NCBI GenBank assembly: GCA_036677065.1
Contig: JAKFBS010000008.1
Span: forward strand, 32,001 to 96,000
Length of the DNA stretch: 64,000 nt
Direction of reading: 5' to 3'
Source: Bdellovibrio sp.
Lineage (GTDB): Bacteria > Bdellovibrionota > Bdellovibrionia > Bdellovibrionales > Bdellovibrionaceae
The notes beneath the pieces are model-generated. The model ran no database searches. It had not been told where the DNA came from and was given only the letters and a program-made list of their open reading frames with translations. Position 1 is the stretch's first letter; every line of letters begins with the position of its first letter. The translations under genes and the position numbers were made by a program. Shown here one piece after another: positions 9,769 through 17,457 of the stretch.

Positions 9769-10734
9769 CTATTTCAAGCATGGGGTCGGCATTAAATAAG
9801 GCTGACCTTTTTTATCAAGCATTGAATCTTTAGCTTGAGCGGGATCATTTATATCGATGTTTCCGTAATATTTACGGTATTTGCGACCTAGGTGTTTACG
9901 GATTACGTTTTCGAAGTACACTGCGCGGTATTCAGTGACTTCCGTGAACTCCATACCTTCGCCATTGACGCCACGACGATCCATTAGACCGCGTACGCTG
10001 TCGAAACCGTGAAAAAGTTCGTGGGCAAATCCCGCTAGTACTGGTGATGATCTTGTGACGTTATCGCTTTCGATGTTTGCTAAGTTTTTAATGTTTGGAT
10101 CGAAACGTACGAAGCCGCCGGCTCCGAATTGTTTGAATGTTCCGCCTTGTTCATCGCTTTTTCTTAAAGTTGCGAAGTGCTGCATGATCGGGGCTTCGTC
10201 GTAGCCTGAGTTTGGTTTTCCGGTGCTTCCTACGAATTCGAAGCGTGGTCCGCCGGTTTTAGTTAGGGTAATTGGGTAAAGCACTTGTTGTAATAATGAG
10301 ATAAGTCTTTTGCCTTCGGGGAATGTGCGAAGTTTTTCGAGGAAAGCTAGAACTGTTTTTGTGTAGCTGTCTGAGATTGTGTTTGGTGCGATTTGTTGGC
10401 CTGCTTCGTTGAATAAGATGCCGTCGATGTAGGTGATTTTTTTGTTTGTGGTGGCGTTTAGGATTTTAAGTGAGTCTTTTTTTGGGTTTGATTTAACTAG
10501 ATCGGGTAGAAGTAGTTTTTCATTTCCATTACATTTATTTAAATCGATTACATCTTGGTTGATTGAGATTTTTGCTTTGATTTCTTCGTAGGTGAAATTA
10601 CGGAAGTGGTCGTTTTCGAAGAGCATTAAGGTGTAAGGGCTGGGTGGAGGGTTTTGCGCGAAAGCCGCCGTGGTAGCGAAGCTGATTGCTATGGATAAAA
10701 GTATAAATCGAACTAAAATCATGCGGTCCCCCAT
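9769..10734 (-). CDS. secreted HEXXH zinc metallopeptidase (M91/NleD-like), paralogue 2
   Basis: signal peptide, HELFH; collinear with 6960..7886. Confidence 0.6.
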   Translation of the reverse strand: MGDRMILVRFILLSIAISFATTAAFAQNPPPSPYTLMLFENDHFRNFTYEEIKAKISINQDVIDLNKCNGNEKLLLPDLVKSNPKKDSLKILNATTNKKITYIDGILFNEAGQQIAPNTISDSYTKTVLAFLEKLRTFPEGKRLISLLQQVLYPITLTKTGGPRFEFVGSTGKPNSGYDEAPIMQHFATLRKSDEQGGTFKQFGAGGFVRFDPNIKNLANIESDNVTRSSPVLAGFAHELFHGFDSVRGLMDRRGVNGEGMEFTEVTEYRAVYFENVIRKHLGRKYRKYYGNIDINDPAQAKDSMLDKKGQPYLMPTPCLK

Positions 10735-10877
10735 AATTGAAAGTTAACAAATTATAGGGGCGGAAAAAATGGTTTGTATAGAATAATAATTTTAAAGCAT
10801 CTTGTTGCTCATTGCAGCAGGTGTGAGTTGAATGAATCAACCTTCAGACTTTTTAAGGTGTTATTGATCTAAGCTGT

Positions 10878-12239
10878 CTAGACATCTAAAAAAGACAGTA
10901 TTTCATCGCCGCATTGTGAGAATGCATCTGGTGATCCTTGAAAACAATAACCAATCGTTATTCCATCATGTTGGAATATATTAATTTTATTTCGCGATAG
11001 GATGCGTTTTTTTTCTGAAAGATGCTTCATAGACTCTATATAATTATCAGGTAAGATTGTTCTAGTGATCCCAAGTGATTGCCAGGGAATGTCATTTATT
11101 TGCATTCTAGCTTCGCCAGCTGAATCAAATTTATCGGGACTTAGAAATCCAATCCAAAGTATTTTGGTGTGAAGTCCAATTTCTGCACGATGCGAATGTG
11201 CTCGTTTTATTATTTCATTTACATGTTTATCGCCACCACTGTATCCAACTATAAGCAAAGTGTTACTATTTATTAAATCTTCAAACAGTTGAGTGAAATA
11301 TGTGGCGAATGGTTCGTGCAGAATTGCATCTGCTTTTCGTAAACCCGTAATCATGAGTTGGCTTATACCCTCAATGCCATCTTGGGCAAGATGGTTACCT
11401 ACGGCTGTAGTGGCTCTATTTTCTAAAGCTGTATCATGATCTGGCAGTCTTACGATCAAACCTCGTGAGTCGCCATTGCCTGAGTTGTATCCGAATCGAC
11501 TAGAGCCATGAAGCTGACAAAATAAATGCGCACGATAAGAAGAACGAATATCAATCGGATAAAATGACTCTTCTAAACTGGTCGGGCTAGATTTTTTAAA
11601 TCCGGAAACAAAGTTAATCCCACTATGTAATGGTAGTGTGTCATAATTTAATGTAAAGAGGCGAAGATAGCTTTTAGATGAAAGTTTTTTGAATAATTCA
11701 TTTAACGGGTCTTTCTCGAGAATTCCACTTTTTGTGATGTTCCTTTCTTCTATAGCAAAAATATCAAGAATGTATGTACAAGCATCAGAAGCGACTACAT
11801 TGTGAATGCGGTTATCCAACCCGATATGCTTTTCGGATATGGGAGTCAAAGGTCCCGAACCAACTTTAACATAATCGTTGGTCTCTTCTGATGCGCTTGT
11901 TGTATGATAATCTAAGCTTTGCGCAACATGAATAAGTCGTTCAAAATGCAAAAATGGTTCTGGGTTTTTAAACGATGGCATAAGGAAGTTATACAGCTCT
12001 TGAAAGTAAGGTGTTTGTCCTGTTAAACCATCTACTTCTGTCGCAATTTGCGGATATGAAAACACCATATTAGATTGCCGGGGCATATTATGCTTCGTCC
12101 AAGTTTTGAGTTTGTCTGTGACTGCAGTTGTTCCGCTTAAATGATTAACCGAAGCACCAGATCCAAGTAAAATGGTAGTCTGGTTGCCATGAATGGCTTT
12201 CGAGAAAAATTGAGCAAATTTTTTAGTGAAATGACTCAT
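10878..12239 (-). CDS. SIR2-family (SIR2_2-like) protein, probable NADase
   Basis: LLGSGAS, FTLNYD, QLHGS, LIVGYSGGD.HVN motifs. Confidence 0.85.
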   Translation of the reverse strand: MSHFTKKFAQFFSKAIHGNQTTILLGSGASVNHLSGTTAVTDKLKTWTKHNMPRQSNMVFSYPQIATEVDGLTGQTPYFQELYNFLMPSFKNPEPFLHFERLIHVAQSLDYHTTSASEETNDYVKVGSGPLTPISEKHIGLDNRIHNVVASDACTYILDIFAIEERNITKSGILEKDPLNELFKKLSSKSYLRLFTLNYDTLPLHSGINFVSGFKKSSPTSLEESFYPIDIRSSYRAHLFCQLHGSSRFGYNSGNGDSRGLIVRLPDHDTALENRATTAVGNHLAQDGIEGISQLMITGLRKADAILHEPFATYFTQLFEDLINSNTLLIVGYSGGDKHVNEIIKRAHSHRAEIGLHTKILWIGFLSPDKFDSAGEARMQINDIPWQSLGITRTILPDNYIESMKHLSEKKRILSRNKINIFQHDGITIGYCFQGSPDAFSQCGDEILSFLDV

Positions 12240-12495
12240 TGGATACCTGCTTTAGAAGTTAGTCAGAAAATTTCATCACATTTAATAAGATTTTAGAACT
12301 GTAAATTTCCATTTGCTTCATTAGATCGACCGTTTTTTATATTAATTATATGAGTTGCCAATTTTGAACCAAAAATAACAAGCGGTACAGACTAAGGTAG
12401 TTAGTGAGCAAAATAATCCTGAACATTTAAGTAAAACTCATATAAATATAGATATATTTATAATTTAGCGTAATTGCAGTATAGCAAGGCGATAT

Positions 12496-14301
12496 ATGTC
12501 CACAACAGCACGATTTAAGGTATTACGATCAAAGGAAATCGAAAAAATATTCAGCAGCAATAATTTGAAAGAATTGTGGCGAAGCGAGGTAAAAAATATT
12601 TTGCGTAAGCAGGATCTTTTGGATTTACATGATTACTACGATTTTAATCGCAGTATTCAGAGTCATGCCGCGGACATCGAAGCTGAAGTTTTAGGTGGAA
12701 GATACCGACCGGAACCTCCATTAGTCTTCAGATTGGAGAAAAAAATGGGCATATGTAGACATATGTGTTTGCCTACGCCAACGGACTCTTTGGTCTTTCA
12801 AGCTTTAACAAATGCACTAGAAAAAAAATTACTCGCTGCTGCTCCAAATACCAGATCTTTATTCTCTAGGACTCATGCTAGGTGGCAGCTACCTCATGAA
12901 CACGGCGAGCCAACAGATTACCCTTGGTTTATTAAATGGAAGCGTTTTCAAAAACAGATTTGGAATTTTTCTAAGGAATATGATTATTTAATTGTCACAG
13001 ATCTAGCAAACTATTTCGACTCGATAGGTCTACGCGAATTAAGAAATGTAATTGCAAGTCATGTTAAATCTGAAGAAGTAATTCTGGATCTTTTATTTAG
13101 AGTAATTGAAGGTATGAGTTGGAATCCAGATTATCTGCCAAATAATATGCGCGGATTACCTACTATCAATTTGGATGCGCCGAGGCTCTTAGCGCACAGC
13201 TATCTTTATGAAATCGATTCGGTCTTGGAAAGTTCGTCATCAGGGAGTTTTGTAAGGTGGATGGATGATATAAATATTGGAGTAAACGATAAGATTACGG
13301 CGAAAAAAATAATTTCACAACTGTCGGATGTATTGAAAAGCAGAGGACTATCCTTAAATGTTTCAAAAACTAATATTTTATCGACCGAGCAGGTTAAAGT
13401 CGAATTCATGGTAGATGAGAATACATATTTGGATGAAATTCAAAAAATAAAAAAGCCTACGCAGATTAAAATACGTGAATGCAATAAAAAGTTTAACAAA
13501 ACGCTGAAGGATTCAAGTCCTAAAGCTTGGCAGAAAGTAGTTAAAAGATATATCGCATTGGGCGGTACATATAAGCTGAAGTCATTGGATAAAAAAATTC
13601 CTGAATTGTTTTTTGATTACCCTGATATGAGATCGAACATTATTTCTTACCTTTCATCGCAAAATCCAGATACTGAGCGTTTGGAAATATGGAAATCATT
13701 AGTTAAAAACGAATACTTAGATGATATAACTCAATTTAATTTGGCAAAATTGTTTACACAATGGGAGTTGCCTATAAACAGTGAAATAAAAGACTGTATA
13801 CAGTTTTATATCGAGCAAACGCAGCATTCGGATCTATTCGGTGACCAGCTAGCTGGTTTGTGGGTAAGGGCTAAATATAGCGAACCAGAAGAGCTATTAA
13901 AATACTTTAAAAAATATGAAAATTTATGGAAACATAATAAGTTTCTCGCGCGACAAAACATTTCAGCAGTTGCGAGATTGCTTCCATGGAAAAAAAATGA
14001 AACTCAAGCTATACTGAATAGTTATGTAGTTAATAGTTCAAAAGATGTAAGTTCTGTTGCATCCAACCTGCTCAGTTTAAGTAATTTAGATGTGATTCCG
14101 AGAGACGTATCTTTATATGTATTCCCTACTTCGGGTCATAAAAAAAATTATCCATTGTATAAATATTTAATTTTATCAGCAGTGTTGACAAATGATTGCG
14201 CGAAAAACAATTCTGGAATTAAAGCTGGATTGAATAAATATATTACTGATCCTTGGTATAAGAAATGGATTAATGAGTACGCTTCGGGACACTCATTCTA
14301 A
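12496..14301 (+). CDS. reverse transcriptase, UG/Abi (DRT-like) type with long C-terminal extension
   Basis: K..G..R...LP...D.LVFQ, TDLANYFDSI, GLP...APRLLA, RWMDD, GLSLNVSKT; ~300-aa C-terminus that looks helical; no maturase or retron VTG motif seen. Confidence 0.9.
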   Translation: MSTTARFKVLRSKEIEKIFSSNNLKELWRSEVKNILRKQDLLDLHDYYDFNRSIQSHAADIEAEVLGGRYRPEPPLVFRLEKKMGICRHMCLPTPTDSLVFQALTNALEKKLLAAAPNTRSLFSRTHARWQLPHEHGEPTDYPWFIKWKRFQKQIWNFSKEYDYLIVTDLANYFDSIGLRELRNVIASHVKSEEVILDLLFRVIEGMSWNPDYLPNNMRGLPTINLDAPRLLAHSYLYEIDSVLESSSSGSFVRWMDDINIGVNDKITAKKIISQLSDVLKSRGLSLNVSKTNILSTEQVKVEFMVDENTYLDEIQKIKKPTQIKIRECNKKFNKTLKDSSPKAWQKVVKRYIALGGTYKLKSLDKKIPELFFDYPDMRSNIISYLSSQNPDTERLEIWKSLVKNEYLDDITQFNLAKLFTQWELPINSEIKDCIQFYIEQTQHSDLFGDQLAGLWVRAKYSEPEELLKYFKKYENLWKHNKFLARQNISAVARLLPWKKNETQAILNSYVVNSSKDVSSVASNLLSLSNLDVIPRDVSLYVFPTSGHKKNYPLYKYLILSAVLTNDCAKNNSGIKAGLNKYITDPWYKKWINEYASGHSF

Positions 14302-14361
14302 ATAGAATAATATTGTCATTATCTGGAGGAAGTGTGGATCGCACACGTAAACATATAACTA

Positions 14362-14967
14362 ATGGATGAACCACTTTATTTGCAAAGAAATTTTCAACAA
14401 AAAGAACATTTAGATTCTTTTTGCTCGGGAAATATTCGATTGGGCTTGGTGGAATCTTATAGGCTATCCACTGACGATACCAGGAAAAATCCGCGTGATG
14501 GGTATTTTTCAGGTGTGGTAAGCTCTTCAGACTCGAGAGCAGGTTTTTATAGCGCATCGTCACTTGGCCTTTTCTACATGCTATCATTTAGCACGCCTGA
14601 AACATCTAGTGTTGTTAGTGAAAAATACGGCTCACATTCAATTAGGATTCTTAATTATAAACTGCTTTTTCAGAAAATTATAAATCAGCTTGGAATTGAT
14701 TTTGTTGATTTTAACTTTCACAGCAGAGTTGAGTATAAAAATAATTTAGATAAACCACCAGAAACGTATGATTTATTTTTTACTAATGGAATATCTCATT
14801 CCGAAAATTGCGAGTATCGCTTTTTGTATCATCTAAAAAAGTGGCCTGAGCCAAATGCACATGCATTTCTAACAGTCTCTACTGATGCTCAAGCAACAGT
14901 AGAGGGGAGTATTCTTATTCCCAAATATATAACAGTTAATGATGTTGATATGAATGGAATTATATAG
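14362..14967 (+). CDS. hypothetical protein downstream of the RT (weak DUF2971-like motifs)
   Basis: 201-aa ORF co-oriented 60 nt after the RT; LSFS..., V.Y, EYRF motifs. Confidence 0.6.
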   Translation: MDEPLYLQRNFQQKEHLDSFCSGNIRLGLVESYRLSTDDTRKNPRDGYFSGVVSSSDSRAGFYSASSLGLFYMLSFSTPETSSVVSEKYGSHSIRILNYKLLFQKIINQLGIDFVDFNFHSRVEYKNNLDKPPETYDLFFTNGISHSENCEYRFLYHLKKWPEPNAHAFLTVSTDAQATVEGSILIPKYITVNDVDMNGII

Positions 14968-15203
14968 AGGCCCATCAAAATACCAAATCAAGTGATAGCG
15001 AACGATTTTCTGAATAGTGTGATTTAATGAAAGGTGCTTAAATTCGCTAATCTAAATTAAAAAAACGTAGCTAAAGTCTAGTACAGTAACCCGTCAAAAG
15101 GTGTAATTTTAAGTAAAAAAAATTAATTAATAAAAATCTATTTAGAGATTAGTAGTTTGTCCCGAAATGATAACTAGATAAGCGTCATTTAGAGGAGCCA
15201 CGG

Positions 15204-16001
15204 ATGAGCAACATTGTTGATTTAGAAAAATTATTTCACCGAAGCAAAGACCGCATCAAAGATTTGGGCGAAGTATTTACACCAGAATCGTATGTTGAAG
15301 ACATGCTAAATCTACTCACAAAAGATAAACGAGGTCTTTGGTCAGATGAAGAAGTATCTTTTTTTGAACCATGCTCAGGTCACGGAAATATTGTCCTGCC
15401 AATTTACAAAAGACGACTTGAAGGTATCTACAAAAAAGCTACCACTCAGGGCTTGAGGTCAAACGAAGCCGCCTGGTATGCAGTAGCCAATGCTCTCAAT
15501 ACGTTATGGGCAATAGATATCGATGCTAAAAATGTCGAGAACTGTCGCTCCCGCGTGTTGTCGGCAACTCTAGAATTTTTGAAAAGTAAGCTTGATATAA
15601 AAAATAATCACATCCTTTTGTCTAAAAAAAGAGACTTTTTCGCTCATGTATTGTCCGCAATTAAATGGCACATAGACGAAAACGAAACATTATCTGCATT
15701 GAGTAAATCCGAAACAGCAAAGGCCAGCGCTAATCTTACTAGATCAGGAGCTAAGTGGTACTCGCAAAACGGCCACAATCCAATGAACTTTGATTTAACT
15801 TGGGTCAGCTTTTATGAGTCTTGTGAATCAACTAACGCTGTTCCGTTAGAATTTGAACGCTCACTTCGCTTTATTGACGGAGTTCTTTCCGGCAAACTTA
15901 GAGGTCTAGAAGATTTTGAATTCGCTAAAGCAGTTATTGATGTGAACAAGGTTCAAGAGGTTGTTCGCAAGCCGAACAGATCTTTATCCGTAGGTGCATA
16001 A
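15204..16001 (+). CDS. SAM-binding DNA methyltransferase-like subunit (no NPPY)
   Basis: GEVFTP (motif X), FEPCSGHG (motif I), AIDID; SD GAGGAG. Confidence 0.8.
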   Translation: MSNIVDLEKLFHRSKDRIKDLGEVFTPESYVEDMLNLLTKDKRGLWSDEEVSFFEPCSGHGNIVLPIYKRRLEGIYKKATTQGLRSNEAAWYAVANALNTLWAIDIDAKNVENCRSRVLSATLEFLKSKLDIKNNHILLSKKRDFFAHVLSAIKWHIDENETLSALSKSETAKASANLTRSGAKWYSQNGHNPMNFDLTWVSFYESCESTNAVPLEFERSLRFIDGVLSGKLRGLEDFEFAKAVIDVNKVQEVVRKPNRSLSVGA

Positions 16002-17454
16002 GATGAGTGCTTTGGTTTTAAAACCCACAGCCCATGTTGTCGATGTTCTCGGCAATGTAATTGGCCGGGATCAGCCAATTCTTCGTATGGAGAAGGCCTT
16101 AGAAATGGTTTCTGTATTGGGCGAAGATGTTTTTTCCGACGACAATGTCGTTTTTTTTGATCCATTTTGCAAAGCTGGCGAGCTACTTTTGGCTTGCGCA
16201 TTTCATAGTTGTTGGTCCAAATCCAAAGGGAAATCCCAATTGTTGGATATGGAAATGGTCTTCAAAGAGATTTACCAATCCAATCGTTACTATGGACTTG
16301 CCCCAGACGAAAGACATCACCGTCTTAGCATGAGAACATTTTTAGGAAACACCCATTCTCACAACGAATCATTTAATCAGATTATTCGAGACGGGCATTA
16401 CTTATCAGAAATCGACGGAAGATTAGATAAAGAAAAATTTGAAAAGGAGTTCATTTCTATGATCGATTACATTGACCAAAAATCTAAAGGTAAAAAAATT
16501 ATTGCCGTTGGCAACCCACCTTACCAGGAGAATGATGGGGGTCATGGAGGTAGTGCAAAAGCGGTTTATAACTTGTTTACTGAAGCTTTGATGGATTCAG
16601 AAAAAATATCAGAATTTGTTCTAGTTATACCATCTAGATGGTTCACGACAGGAAAAGGCGCAAAGGATTTTAGAGAAAGAGTTATTAGATCTACTACTAC
16701 TAAAACTCTACATCACTTTCTCAACTCGAAGTCCGTGTTTCCAACTGTAGATGTTCAGGGCGGTGTCTGTTTCTTTCATCATAAGTCAGACTACAACGGA
16801 GAAACCCAGTTTATCATGGACGGAAGTTCAACGATGGTAAATCTAGGAAGATTCGATATTATTCTAGATGATCCAAATGGCTATGATCTTATTGCTAAAG
16901 TCAAAAAACACTGGTCTGGTGATTTTGTGTCAAAAATTGCATGGACAGTCAGACCCTGGGCTATTCGCACATATTACTTTGAAAGAAAGAAGCCACTACC
17001 TGATGGGCATAAGAATGCAGTGCCTTGCTTTTCCAAGCGAAGAAAAATAATGAATGCCGACATAAAAGATATACCAAAAAATATTGATAAAATTGAAGAA
17101 TGGAAAGTCGCTGTTCCGAAAGGCTATTCGCTTGGATCTCGCCGAGTTACTTTACCAACGACTCAATTTTTCATTGTTCCGAAGGGACACATTACGACCG
17201 AAACATATAATATCGTTGGATCATTTAAGAAGAAATCAGAAGCTGAAAACTTCAGAAATTATCTTGCAACTAACTTCGGTAGGTATTTCTTAGGACTTAG
17301 AAAGGTCACGCAAGATATATACAAAATGCAGTGGGACTGGATACCGTTGGTTGATGTTTCGCAAGAGTGGACTGATGAAAAACTCTTTAAGATGTTCAAA
17401 ATTACCAAAGAAGAGCAAGAGCATATTGCGAAGAAATTAAAAGAGTGGTCATAA
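15994..17454 (+). CDS. Eco57I-like N6-adenine DNA methyltransferase with C-terminal target-recognition region
   Basis: FFDPFCKAGE, VGNPPY, VIPSRW. Confidence 0.88.
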   Translation: MHKMSALVLKPTAHVVDVLGNVIGRDQPILRMEKALEMVSVLGEDVFSDDNVVFFDPFCKAGELLLACAFHSCWSKSKGKSQLLDMEMVFKEIYQSNRYYGLAPDERHHRLSMRTFLGNTHSHNESFNQIIRDGHYLSEIDGRLDKEKFEKEFISMIDYIDQKSKGKKIIAVGNPPYQENDGGHGGSAKAVYNLFTEALMDSEKISEFVLVIPSRWFTTGKGAKDFRERVIRSTTTKTLHHFLNSKSVFPTVDVQGGVCFFHHKSDYNGETQFIMDGSSTMVNLGRFDIILDDPNGYDLIAKVKKHWSGDFVSKIAWTVRPWAIRTYYFERKKPLPDGHKNAVPCFSKRRKIMNADIKDIPKNIDKIEEWKVAVPKGYSLGSRRVTLPTTQFFIVPKGHITTETYNIVGSFKKKSEAENFRNYLATNFGRYFLGLRKVTQDIYKMQWDWIPLVDVSQEWTDEKLFKMFKITKEEQEHIAKKLKEWS

Positions 17455-17457
17455 AAA

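Noticed and set aside
6960..10734. Peptidase paralogues as a DGR template/variable repeat pair for the RT
   Set aside because: Both are full-length ORFs, and the differences are spread throughout rather than adenine-specific
12496..14301. RT as a group II intron, retron, DGR or CRISPR-associated RT
   Set aside because: No maturase or intron domain V, no VTG/NAxxH motifs, no TR/VR pair and no cas genes or array seen
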